A stretch of 54,386 nt of DNA, the filler included, from Xylographa opegraphella (Eukaryota), in assembly GCA_022813865.1 (NCBI GenBank). It is 10 parts of 10 records of this genome, joined end to end, with 100 filler letters (N's around TTAATTAATTAA, not from the genome) between each part and the next. Parts side by side here need not be neighbours in the genome. Positions count along the whole stretch, not along the records: positions 38,616 to 43,905 come from JALDZX010000238.1; positions 44,006 to 49,261 come from JALDZX010000239.1; positions 49,362 to 54,386 come from JALDZX010000241.1; 7 more parts are not named here. One strand, given 5' to 3'. The notes below the pieces were generated by a model. It was not told the origin of the DNA. It did no database searches and saw only the letters and a program-made list of their open reading frames with translations. Position numbers and translations under genes: made by a program. This document shows, piece by piece, positions 38,616-51,251 of this stretch (position 1 is its first letter; each line of letters opens with the position of its first letter).

Positions 38616-40716
38616 TCGAAATTCGCCTTTGATCAATTACCAGGTTCGCTGTAAATGCCCTAGAAATCGTTTCGGAATTTCGAAGATTATATTCGACCAA
38701 AGGGACTGCGCGCTGTGCCGTTTTAATATATAAACCCAGCTTTTTCTTAATAAAATTGAAGTACTTTAAATAAATAAAAGTTTCACCTCCTGCTTTCGTA
38801 TTCAATAATATCGTTATATTCGCAGCCAGTTCGTTGGCCGCCAGCTTGCAGTGAGTGTTAAATGCCGAACCTTTTAAAATATCGAATATTTTCAGCTTAT
38901 TAATTATAGCTCCTTTGGTAAACTTTAATACTAAGATTTCGTTTAAAATAATTCGTTTCCCAAGTTTGAATCGAATTGCTCGTGTTTCGAATCGACGTCT
39001 TTTGCTTCGATTTTAAATCTGTCGTTCTGAGTACAGTTTAAAGCATAATGGCTCATTTAATTGCACGCATAATACTTGATATTAGTTATAAAAGGTTTTA
39101 TTACAGGCTTGATTGCTTCGTACAGTATTCCTGCAGTAATTTGCTTTCTTTTCCACTTTTGAAGTCGAACGCTTTCCTTGAAACTGATTTTTTCTTACCT
39201 TTTCTTTTTTATTTACGCGGGCCTGTTCCCTAGCAAACTGCTGCGCCTTATTATAATAAACGTTGAAAGACGTATTGTTGTCGACTACGTAAATTTCCAT
39301 TTGAACCTGTAATTAATTGTATAATTTATTGTATGGTTTTTCCTTTTATTGATTCGTGCGTATTTTTACCGAATTTGCCAGGCGCAGAAAATCGGACTAA
39401 AATGTATTAAAGTCGTTTAAATACGCCATGCATAGTTCTTTTAACTGAGCTTTAGCCTTTAAGCGTCGGTTTAAATCTTCGAAAATATTTTTAAGGCACT
39501 GAATCATCGGTCCCACGTGAACGAGGCTGCCTGCTTTTTCTTGAGCCTTTAGCTATGGGTATAAATGCTTGACTGCCTTGCCGTTTAAACGCGTCTTGAT
39601 GTATACGATTTTTGCCTGCTCGACTTTTTTAAAATCTTTTTCGTTAAACTAATTATCGTTAATACGAAGCTTGCTTTTTATCTGATTGTTTTATACGCGA
39701 AAGATCGGCTTCATCCCGTCTTTAAGAATTAATAAAGTTAGAAATTTTGCGAAACGCTTGGCTTTGCCTTCTGCGTTACTAATAAATATATTTAATATTA
39801 ACTTTTTAGCTCGGGAACCGCGCGTTTCCGAACGAAATCGCTGTTCGATTATATTTTTATGCTGTAAAAGCTTTTTTTATAAGGCCACTTGGTCTGCTAG
39901 TAATCGTACTCTCTTTTGCTAATTTGTAGCCTTTTTTTATACCTCGCGGCACGTTTTCCCTCTAATTTAATCGCGTTTTCTAGTTCGGCAATTTGTTTCT
40001 TTAGCCGTTCGATGTATAACTGATTTTCGTATATTACTGCAAAAAGCTGCTGGCCCATTTTTTTAAAGTTCGTTTCAATTCGTATAAATGTTACGGCTCA
40101 TCAACTCACCACACAAGCACGCCTAGAACGTAAGCTTCAGGTGGACGATTTCAACCCAGATTAAGATGGAGAAGCGATGAGGCTGCTCCATGGGCAAGAC
40201 TATATACTCAAGGTGCTAGTCCTGATCCAGCCCGACCCCTATTACTTGTGACTGATGTCATAATCGTTACAATAAACACTTCCTTTAGTGTTCTGGGAGA
40301 ATCCGAGGCGCCTATGGCGTTTAAATCTGGGTATATTAATACTGTATCTTGCAGCGCCTGCAAGTCGGGAGTTTCTTCTGAGGTTGCTATTTTAATTCTA
40401 CGATACCGCAAACATTTACCCCTAATACGTGGTTATCCTATTCCAGGCCCTAGCTTTTTTAAATTCCACGGAGTCTCTTGCCTATTTTATATAAAGCTTT
40501 CTTTAATCTTTTGTCTACACTGCGTGCAGGGCTGTTATTTTGATTAATAATCGCTTAATAAGTCATAGAAGTCGTTTTAAGAACACTTTGATGTCGCGGT
40601 TGACTGTAAATAAAACGCTTAATAATATAAATAAAAACTGAATTCGTTTACACACTCGTTTGTCCAAGATATATTAATCACCTTCACAGATCGGGAACAA
40701 GTTAATATTATTCTAA
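38616..40716 (-). pseudogene. Degenerate Ty3/gypsy leader, gag and protease
   Basis: Gag-like KSKLRIND...IVYIKTRLNGKA...LKNIFED...AKAQLKEL...FNTF*SDFLRLA, and a protease-like segment near 38800. Preceded by a family D LTR. Confidence 0.75.
40089..40271 (-). mobile_element. Solo LTR, family A, inserted in gag
   Basis: TG...CA, TSD ATAAA. Confidence 0.93.
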
Positions 40717-40947
40717 TGTTACGGCTCGTTATCTCATCAGAAAAGCAGGCCTAAAACCATAGCTATAAATGAGCGATTTCAACCTAGAATAATATAAGGA
40801 AGCAAGTTTAATAATATACGTAAAAGTTAAAATAAACAGTATTAACATCAAGATTTTTAATCGCTTTCGAATTAATCTGAGTCCCGGACGCGCTTTAATC
40901 CCGTTCCGTTTATTATTTATTAAGGTGCCATGTAACACGCCGTTACA
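40717..40947 (-). mobile_element. 5' LTR (family D) of the gypsy element
   Basis: RIP-shifted copy of 4583-4814. No TSD, adjacent to the internal region. Confidence 0.88.
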
Positions 40948-43837
40948 ATATCAAAATTTTTATCCTTTTTTAATATTATATTTTGTAATAATTCAATTTT
41001 ATATTGAAAAAAATTCATTACGCGTATATCGTGTTATAAAATAATTATTATTTTTAAATATATAATTTATGAAAAATTAAATATTAAATTTTAAAAATTA
41101 AAAATTTTATATTTTATATTTTCTGCCTTCGGCGCAATTATTCCTGCGATATAATTTTTTTTCGAAATCGTTTTTTCGTAAAATAAATTAAAAACGTAAT
41201 CGTTTAAATAAATAAAATAGTTACTTTTTTATTTTTTTTTTTACAAAAAATCGTTTATTGAAACAAAAGCGTTTTTTTATTATTCGTAAAATTAAAAAAA
41301 TATTTTTAAAATTTAAAAACGTAAAGAAATTATAAAAATTACAAAATATACAATCGATTTTCTTTTCGCGAAGTTCGTTAATTTTAATAATTTTTAATTT
41401 GATTTTTTCAAGGTCGAGTTCGTTATTTTTAAAACATCGTTTTTTATAAAAATCGATATTTTTTAATGATATTGTTTAATAAAAAATTTGTATTTATTAA
41501 GGTTAATTTTCGATCTTTATATATTTTTGTCACGAGTTCTGGGTTTTGAATTTTAACCTGATTTATGCTTTTTTTTGCTTTGTTTACACATTTTAACGAG
41601 CCATTATATAATAAAGTTTCTCCTTTTCATAATTACGATTCAGCTTTTTCATATCATTATATAATTATAAATCCTGTAATCAGGCGTTTACCTCACAAGT
41701 AATAACATTAATGTTATTCAATTATTCAAAACACCAGAGATAATTCATTTATTTTATAAGTTAAAAGATTTAGCCCTTCAGCGAGTAATTATTTTACAAA
41801 TCAAATTTAATATTATATCGCAAAAATCTTTGCTTATTCTTCAATTTTTTATTTACTTTATAAACATTAATACATTTGTAATGTTCAATAAATAATGTGA
41901 CTTTTTTATTTTTCCGAAAAATAAACCCTCAATTTATATTATTAAAAACATTTTTAATAAAATCTTTTACATTCATCGTAACTTTTTCGATCGAAAACGC
42001 TGCAATAATTCAAGTTTATTTTTATTTCGAAGCTTTTATTAAAATCGATTATTAATTTATTTCATACCTTATATTATCCTTTAAAAATTTATTAAACAAA
42101 TCACGATTAATAACGTTAAATTTATTAATTTTTAATCAAATTTTTTTACATCAATTAATTTTATAACCCCATTTCAAATAACACGAACAAAATTTTTAAT
42201 TTTTAATTTAAAATCAAAATTAAGCTATTAATAAAATAGCTTTTAAATTCGACGTAAAAATATTCATCGAAATTATTTTATATTTATTATTGATATTTTT
42301 ATAAAAAAATTGATATTAAAAAATTTCATTATAAGTTTTTAGTTTTTTTATAAATTTTATTATTTTCATCAATAGTCGATTAAATACTCGTAATAAAAAA
42401 TGACTCGAAAATTAAACATACTCAAATTCTTTAATACCTTAAATATAAAAATATATAAAATATAAACGATAACAGGTATTAAAATATCAAATTTAATAAA
42501 AATTAGTAAAAAAGGTTTTAAAATTTATTAATTTAATGTATATAAATTTTTACTTTATTAAATTTTTTTAATTCCCTCGATTTGTCTGGCCCAGCTAATT
42601 AAAACGATTAAAATAATGAAAACGAAAGTAAAATTTATTCAAAATTAATAGATATTGATTTATTTTATTTAAATATACCAATAAATTAAAGAGAAAAAAA
42701 TATTATTAACAATTTTAAAAAATTACCATAAAAATATTTAGAATTTTACAAAGCGATTATATATCGTAGTAAATACTAAAAATATAACAAAAATACGATA
42801 GAATTTAAACATATATTTTTATAATAAAGTTGAACTATAATAAAATACTTAATTTAATAGAATTATAAAACTCGATTTAATAGCTTATTTAAATAACGTT
42901 AAAAAAATTAAAAATTGTAAACGACTTTTTGAATCGTTATTAAATAAAATTTTTCACAAATACGTTAATACGCGTTATATTATAAAAATATACAAAATCG
43001 CCGTTATTTTATAAAATATATTAATATATTTATTATTATTACGGAAAAATATAATTAAAACGAAAATAAATTTAAATTCGTAGTTTGCGTTTAAATATAT
43101 ATTAATCTATCCTTACAAAAATTATTAAATGAATTAAACATTAATATTATTATATAAATATTTCCTGAAACCTTAAAATCGAAATAAATTAATAAATTTA
43201 ATAAATATAAATCTTTAAATCGTTCGCAGTTAAGCAATCAAATTTAGCCTAAATTTCACTTTAAATATAAATAACATCAAGGTTATTTCAATTTTTTAAA
43301 AGGTAATTTTCAGAATAATTTGAAAAATTCTAAAAATTCTCGATTACCTTTTTAGGGTTATTTTTTTATAAAATACTTTTTAACCTTTTTTTTCAATTTT
43401 TTCAATTCTTTTTTATTTCAACGTTTTTTAATTCAAAGTAGCTTAGTAGCCACGGCAATCATTATTATTTATTTAAAAGAATACGTCAAATCATTAACTT
43501 TAATCTTAAACTTTAAGTAACGCAGTTAAAAAATTATTTATTAAATTAAAACGGCTATTAAAGTGATTACTAGTCTTTAAATCAGCGATTAATAATTTAT
43601 TATAATAAAAACGCTCAAAATACGAGAAATATTTAATTGACAGCGATTAATATTAAAAAAACTTAAATAATAAATAAACTTAAGTTTATTATAATTAAAA
43701 TTATTACGAAATCTATTATAACCAGGGCTATTACGACGCGTAAAATAAACAGTTACATAATTTTTTAGAGTAAAATTTTCATATTTATTTAAATAATATC
43801 GAAGCTTTGATAAAAAACGATAGATTCGCGGCATATT
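40948..43837. repeat. AT-rich RIP-degraded repeat DNA, unclassified
   Basis: Very low GC, no credible ORF. Confidence 0.7.
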
Positions 43838-43905
43838 TGTCACGATCCTGCCTCTCACTAGTATAGTTCGATTAGGGATCTGGGTTGGATTCGTCAATGA
43901 GTAGA
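43838..43905 (-). mobile_element. Partial LTR, family C
   Basis: Matches 48548-48616. Confidence 0.88.
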
Positions 43906-44005
43906 NNNNNNNNNNNNNNNNNNNNNNNNNNNNNNNNNNNNNNNNNNNNTTAATTAATTAANNNNNNNNNNNNNNNNNNNNNNNNNNNNNNNNNNNNNNN
44001 NNNNN

Positions 44006-44093
44006 GAGCATTCCTGTTAGGGTCCTTTCCGTACCCGAACTACCCGGTGCTGGGTGGAACCTTAACACCTGTGCCTAGTGATTAGTTTCAATA
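44006..44093. mobile_element. LTR end (...GGAACCTTAACA, 44006-44067) abutting a family E LTR end (44068-44093)
   Basis: Terminus resembles family C. The following 26 nt match the family E end. Confidence 0.7.
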
Positions 44094-46049
44094 TAAATAT
44101 TGATTTTTTTTCTTTTTGGGCTGTGATTATATTATGCTGTATATTTAGCGAAAGGCCGCCTTACGCTGGACCATTTTAATTCCAGGCGATGCTTTTATAT
44201 TGATATTCTGTTCTGATGAAATATAATCATACTAAACGCAAACAACGGCGGAAGGTTTACTTTCGAAACATTAATAATTTTATTATTGTATAAATTCAAT
44301 ATGTTAACAGTGCTGATACTGTGTGTACATGCCAAGGCACTAACGTGTACAAGCACTAGTTGCCCCTGCAAGCACAGCCGTTTATTACTGTTAAGGTTGA
44401 GCTCGTTGAAACACGCTAGCCCCATCGGACATATTGAGCGCGGTTTTCAGCTTGTCACTTTCAGTCACGGCTCGAGCAAAGGCGGCCACTTCCTCAATGA
44501 TGCTGCCGTGCGGGCGTGCACCTAATGCACGAGTAGGTATATCAGTTGTGACCCCCCCTTTCGGTTCAGCCAAGCCTCAGCCAATTTCAGACATCTCCTG
44601 CAATCCAGCCAACGCCTCTCAATGTTGGCGTTCACACATGTAAATCCAATAGTGACAATGCCTTGGACGTATATATTAAGGACCCTTAGGTATTCGGCGC
44701 CTCGACCGCACTCGAGCTCTCTCATATGGCCCGCCGTGACCTGATTGTCAAGCATCACATCGGATCACCCGAAGGGCGCGATGATCGAGCGCCGCTAACC
44801 TGACATCCGGTGGTGTTGGAGGCAGTTTTGTGTTTTCCCGGCGAGCCAGCGGAGAGGTTCACTTGGTAGTCGGGCTCCAGCTTTTGAGAAGACGGTTTGC
44901 AAGCGCTCACTCTTCGATGGACCATCCTGAGTAGATAGATGAAGACAATCTATTTCCAAGCGTCCGCGTACTGCAAGTAGCGCCGCGACAAGCTGGGCCG
45001 GCCAATGTCCGTACATTCTTGTGGTCCTAGGGATAACAGTCCTGTGCTCGCTTCTGTGACACTACGTCTAGGCGCGGGATTCACCGAAAGTCAAGGGAAG
45101 GGTGAATCAACAATTCATGTTTTTGGATGCCAAAGCCGACGTGTATTTTCAGTGTATATAGAGAAAAGCGTGTCATCTCCTCTCGCTGACCATGCCTGTT
45201 GTTCCCCAACTATTTGTGTACATCTTTTACGTGTGATCGAACCCCCTTGCTTGTCATCGCGAACATCAGTTGAAGACTGCGTCTCTATATTCTTTCCGAA
45301 CTACCTCCAATAGCTCGCATCGATGCTCCGCACCGCCTCCCTCTTCCTTGTCCTCTCCACCGTCGCCCATCTCGTGTCTTCCCGAAGCCATTCATCGCCC
45401 ACACCCAATCCTTACCGCCGCTGACATCCTTCCGAGCGCGACAGCTTCCCAGGAGTCCTGGTAGATGGCGCGCCGGGGGGTGGCAGGGTAGCGTGCTCGT
45501 CTTGCGGACGGTTGGCGGCGTGGTTGGTAGGGGGGCAAGGGTGGGCAGTTGGGTGTGTGGGATGTAGGTCGGGTAGTGATGGTGCTGGTGGAGGTGCGGG
45601 GGTGGGAGAGGGGTTTGTAGGGGGAGGGTAGGTGAGAGAGAGTGGTGGATGTGGGGTGTAGATTTCGGTGGGAGGGGAGGGTGGGTTTTTGGCTGGTGCG
45701 GGTGGTAGCGGGTGGTGGTTCGGTAGGATGGAGGTAGGGTCCGAAGGGTAGATACGCGTTGTATGGGTATGATGCTTTGGGAACGTGGCGAGGAACGAGT
45801 GTTCGTTGACCAGCTGCGATAGTGTGTAGAGACCGCTGTGGGGGTGACGGGAATGGTGAGCTGGGACGGAGAGAGTACAAAAAACGAACACGTGCTCGGA
45901 AACAAGTCACTGCGCTTGTACGCCTGTCCGCTGTATGGTTTTGGTCTATGAAAAGTCATTGAAGCATGCACTCGTTAGTGTTGTAAAAACCAAGCCACCG
46001 ATCCAACCTGGTCGCCGAGCAATATATATCTATAGAGAGACTCCGGGAT

Positions 46050-47060
46050 CTATACCGTCTGAGTCGACTCCGCAACCTTCTCGCCCTTGTCCTTGACACT
46101 CGTTCCCACACCCTTTTTCTTCCCCTCACTACTCCGGCTCTCCAGATCGGCCGTGAAGCGTTTCCACAACTCGGCAACGTCCTCTTTTCTCTTGGCCGAC
46201 TTTTCCACCACGAGGTTGCGTAGCCATTTGTTCTCCATCTCCAGCTGCGTGATCCGTGCCTCTAGAGCGTCTGCCCGATCGGTCATCTCCTTGGCTGTCT
46301 TTTCGAGCGCTTGCTCGCGCTGCTTCTTCTTGACTCGGAACCGGGCAGACGCGGCAGTGTTGCGACGGCGCTTGTCTTCTTCAGCAGCAGCGCGGGATGA
46401 GGCTTCGAGAGAGGGAGAGGTCGGTGTCATGGAGGTTGCCGAGAATGGACGCTTGTCTCCCGTGTGAGGTGGCTGAGAAATACCGTAGGGCGAAGTTGGG
46501 TTGCCAAAGGCCGTAACATCGAACGGGGAAGGAGCGACATAGTTTGTGTCGAGAGGCTCTGGCAGTACAGTGGTTGGATCTGTAGCAACGAACGGAAGGT
46601 CTGGGAATTGATAGCCATCTGAAAAGAGCACATCAGCTTCAGTATCTGTATTATGCTCAATTCTCTCAGTGGCTGAGTATTCACAGCTTGTCATGGATCA
46701 AGATAAATCTGCGCGCCATGCCGCAAAGAATAGAAGTAATGATGGGCGCATGTTGGATTAGAAAAATGCATCGAAAGGAGAGCATGTGAAGCAGAGCGTA
46801 CACCCACCATTGCCATAATCTACAGCCTTCGTGTCATTATTCTTAGGAGCAGTTCCTTGTTTTGCAGGCTCTTCCAAGCTCGGATCGTAATTCTCCCCCA
46901 AATCAAAATCGAAGAACTCGGCATTGGTAAAGATTGCAAGGTCGTCATCGAGGGGAAAGCCATCCTGCCCGGTCGCAGTATCGTGGGCCGAGGGTATGGT
47001 GTTCAGATTGGCAATGTACTGGGAGACATTGGGAGCCTTCCTGGCACTGTAGCAAGACAT
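46050..47060 (-). CDS. metR: bZIP sulfur-metabolism transcription factor, CYS-3/MetR orthologue. Exons 47060-46808, 46618-46050, 273 aa
   Basis: SLEASSRAAAEEDKRRRNTAASARFRVKKKQREQALEKTAKEM...LEMENKWL matches the CYS-3 bZIP. N-terminal RKAPNVSQYIANLN. A 189-nt GT-AG intron keeps the frame. Confidence 0.92.
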
Positions 47061-48290
47061 CGCGGTTCGATGCTTAGTCTTATTGACCAGATTCGACTGG
47101 CGCTATACTCGCGCAAGAGGTCGAGGGTAAGAGGCAATGATGTCGTGATGTGGTTTTCGGAAGTACTTCCTATCCCTGGTCGCAAAGAATGATTGCGCCG
47201 ATGGCGCTACGATCTTGCGTGGTCAAAATCGCGATATGCCCGGAGCAAAAATTCCACTCAGCGTGATGTCTGTTGAACCCTATTGTTCCTATTGTTTTCG
47301 AGAGTCTACCGGTGAAAGAGATGACATCAAATAGCGGTGAATTGAGGAAAAAGGAGGAATGGGGCCGACGAACTCGACTGGGCACAAGGTGGGGTTAGCC
47401 GGAATCTGATTAGTAAAAGCGCTGGCCCCACTACGTACTACGCCCGCTAACTCCGCATCCATTACCGAATCTCCACATCATTGTTCACGATGCACCGTTT
47501 GTGTCATCAGGCACTGACTTTGGGATCATCCCTTACAGCATGTATCGAGTGGTGATGCGAGGCAAACGGCTATCTGAATGTCCTGTCTATGGTAAAAGCT
47601 TCGTTTGCCATGCAGCACTACCGTCGCAGAAAGTATCAAAATTCGATTGCTCCATTCTGCCGGTGAGCCTGCCCGTACTCTATTATTACATAGGACCAGA
47701 TACGGAGAAGATTATGATACCGAGATACTTCGCGGACCTGACGTGTGGAGGCGATTTGACCCTCTGTTTTCGGGCGCCCAGGACGCTGGTTTAAGGCGGC
47801 ACTTTCAGTTCTAATTTTAAGTCCGTAAATTATATTTCGCTACTACGGTAATTTTCAATACCAGCCCATCGGCCTTGGGAATATTAGACCTGCTAGGATG
47901 GCTACGCCGCTGTTTTGAGCTTGAGCAATATCAACCAGTCATTCGGAGCGGATCATCCCGCGATGAAACTTGTCAGCTTCGTGAGTGGTTGAGCTGGTTG
48001 TTGCGCGTCAAGGCTACAGCCAACGACCAATGAAAAGAGAGAGGGAAAGACAGGCACTATGGGCTGCGCACGATTGAGCTGAATAGTCGAGTTACACAGC
48101 GCCCATGGAAGCGCGTCGGCTTTCGATGGGCGAGGCCTCGCTGTGCTCGGAGACCAGGGACTACAGAAGGCGTTTTTGCTAAGTCGGACACAATTTTGTC
48201 TTTCACAGAAACCTTTTCAACCAAGTAACTGTTTCTTTTTATCAGTGGTTATTTCTGATTCATAAGCATTCGAGATCGAGGTCTTTCACA

Positions 48291-48395
48291 ATGAGTGGTC
48301 CACTTTCCATGGCGGCAAGCACGGCGGGATTAATCTCGCTAGGCATTCAATCGCTAGTCGACTTTTACACTTCGTATAGAGACCAGGACTCCAAC
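48291..48395 (+). pseudogene. Fragment resembling a HeLo-like N-terminal domain of a fungal NLR
   Basis: MSGPLSMAASTAGLISLGIQSLVDFYTSYRDQDS resembles the xDPLSxAASxAGLISLGIQ start of HeLo-like domains. Similarity stops after ~35 codons. Confidence 0.55.
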
Positions 48396-48547
48396 CTCAT
48401 ACCACTTAGCAACAAGAAAAGATTGCGGTTAATTATACTATCGATTGTTTCAATCGCGCCATTAATCGCCGCTTCGGTTGTTTCAAAGTTTTCGCCAGGT
48501 TATCGCAGTCTCACCGTGTGTAACGGCGAGGATATATAGTTACAATG

Positions 48548-48906
48548 TGTTACCGATCCTGCCTCTCACTAGTATAGTTCGATTAGGGATCTGGGTTGGA
48601 TTCGTCAATGAGTAGATANNNNNTCACGATGCAGTCTTAATGCTCCAGTCTAATAGTCTTCGTACAGTATTGTATTGAAGCCTAGTAGCCTAAGATCATA
48701 CATAACATGAGTTGAACACGCCCTTCTACAACATAGGAAATCCTCCACTCTATATAGAAGTCCTGTTCACGGGTGCCCTTCATGCCCTCCATGCCCTCAC
48801 ACAAGGGCATTAGTGACAACAGGGGCATCGGCTGGGGGAAGAGCCGATCCGGCCAAGCTATCCCCTCCCGGGCCTAGCTTACCCTGTGAAGGTGAGAACC
48901 TTAACA
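48548..48906 (-). mobile_element. Solo LTR, family C (359 bp)
   Basis: TGTTA...TAACA, TSD CAATG. Confidence 0.93.
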
Positions 48907-49132
48907 CAATGACAGGCAATATAATGCTATTTCTCTATGTACAGCTATGTATTTTAGACTAAAGAAGAAAAGAAAGAATGTGAAGAAGGACGAAATACTA
49001 ATAGCGCTCGAACCTCCCAATGAGGAATGGCGTAAGGTCTAGCGTGTTTATTGTGATATAAACAACGCGTTGTCGCGCCATGCTTTCACACCGTGCTGCT
49101 TACTAGCCCGAAATATCTTCGCACTTCAGCCT

Positions 49133-49261
49133 TGTGACGATTATGACATCAGTCACAAATAATAGGGGTCGGGCTGGATCAGGACTAGCACCTTGAATAT
49201 ATAGTCTTGCCCATGGAGCAGCCTCATCGCTTCTCCATCTTAATCTAGGTTGAAATCGTCC
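49133..49261 (+). mobile_element. Partial LTR, family A (contig end)
   Basis: Matches 1783-1911. Confidence 0.88.
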
Positions 49262-49361
49262 NNNNNNNNNNNNNNNNNNNNNNNNNNNNNNNNNNNNNNN
49301 NNNNNTTAATTAATTAANNNNNNNNNNNNNNNNNNNNNNNNNNNNNNNNNNNNNNNNNNNN

Positions 49362-50840
49362 CAGAGGAAGAGAAGGCCCTCGTTACGTTTCTGTTACTAA
49401 TGTCTGATCTTGGGCAACCTGTTCGAGTAAAGTACATACCTTCACTAGCCTTTAGCATCGCCCGCCAGCGGTCTTTCGTTACAACGGATCATTCAATCAA
49501 GCCTCCGAATAAGAACTGGCCTCGAGCCTTTGAGAAACGTAATCCTGAACTCAAAGCGAGAAAGGTTCGGGCGATAGATTGGAAACGTCACGAGAATAAC
49601 ATATATGTGAAAATTACACACTGGTTCGAAGTAATTGGAAGAATTATACAGGATCCGGCCATTCTGCAAGAAAATGTGTACAATATGGACGAGACGGGGG
49701 TCATGTTAAGCATGCTCGGTTCCGTCAAAGTCCTTGTAGGTAAGAACGACCTACGAGACTATAGAGGCGCAGGCGTCAAGCGGACGATGGTAACTGCCAT
49801 TGAATGTATAAGTGGAGACGGCAGGTCTTTGCTCCCTCTTATAATCTGGCCAGCTTCAACTCACCGCAGCAATTGGACGACATACCCAACCCCAGGATGG
49901 CATTACGCACATTCAGAAAACGGTTACAACAATTCCAAAATTAGCTTGGAATAGCTTACGCGTGTGTTTGATCCCCAAATCAAAGGACCAGCTAACCAGA
50001 GACCACGGGTACTAATTTACGACGGCTTCGAGACACACGAGACGCTCGAAATCTTGGAATTTTACTTTGCGAATAATATTCTCCTGTGTCGTCTCCCGTC
50101 TCATACCTCTCATAAGCTCCAGCTCTGTAATGTCGGAGTTTTTGCGCCTTTGAAGACAGCCTATTGCGACGAGGTTGAACAACTGTACCGAGGAGGTTTA
50201 GACACCGTTGGCAAGGAGCATTTCACCTTTTTATACAAGCCTGCAAGGGAAAGGTCGTTAACAAAGAGAAATATTATGGCCGAATGGCCGCGACTGGTTT
50301 TTCCCGTTCAATCCAGAGAGAGTACTCCGATATACACCGAAGCCCGCTGCTATACTTACAGTTCCAAAAGGTAATGAGGTCTTGTCTTACCCGCAAGACC
50401 AAGATCTACAAATGCCTGTAACCCCTGTAACGTCGGTAACAATAGAGGCTCTTACGTCGTTGCATAATCTGATTAAACAGGAGCTTGATGAGCCAAATAC
50501 AGACTGTATACAAAGGCACGTACAGAAGCTCGTAAGTGCCGCCAAAGTATTATTTGCCAAACAGACCCTCTTTTAGGATCAGAATCGATTCTTGTCCAAA
50601 TTAAATAATGAAGCCAAAGTTCGCCGATCGACCAGATCAGTAGTTCTGGGAAAGGCGAAGGTGATAAGCTATAAGAACCTTGAGGAGGCACGAGCGAAGC
50701 GTGCCGCAAAAGAGAAAGCGACAGCGGATAAGGGCAGGGGAAAACGCGGGCGTAAGCGCAAAAGTCCTGCGCCAGAGGAGGGTTCGTCAGTGCCAACGGA
50801 CAACGAAATGCTGGAGTCAGTGAAAGCCCCAGCGCCATAA
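49362..50840 (+). pseudogene. pogo-type DDE transposase, disrupted
   Basis: NKNWPRAF, NVYNMDETG, VTAIECIS, RVLIYDGFETH, LPSHTSHKLQLCNVGVFAPLK. Stops at 49952 and 50574, frameshift near 50285. Confidence 0.92.
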
Positions 50841-51251
50841 AGGGCCCCAGTGGCACGAATATATTAGGACAGTATTGTTGCTTCAACGTGATCTTGCGCT
50901 GGGAGTTGCATAGGCTATATAGGAAAAGAGAATAAATGCTTAACTTAGCAAATTATGGAAGAAAGCTGGGCTACAGCCAAAGCATGCTAATACACGTTTT
51001 ATTGCCAGTGCCATCCAAGCCGAACAAAGAGAACATTTTATCACTATATCGAGAAGGTTAAATGCGGAGATTGTGGCGTGGGCTCCTTTGAAACGTCGTT
51101 GCAAGTAGGTATATATAGCCAGCGTCATCGCATCGTTTTCAAGTGATACGCGGAAGGTTCTCTAGATACCACGTACATTGTTGGACAAACAGATCAAGCT
51201 GAAGAAGTCCTTAAACCACAAAGAGATTCAGATCGTTCAGTGATGCCATAC

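Noticed and set aside
45285..45971. Pro/His/Thr-rich minus-strand ORFs of 159-228 aa
   Set aside because: Open in all three frames because C/A-rich sequence lacks stops. No domain motifs.
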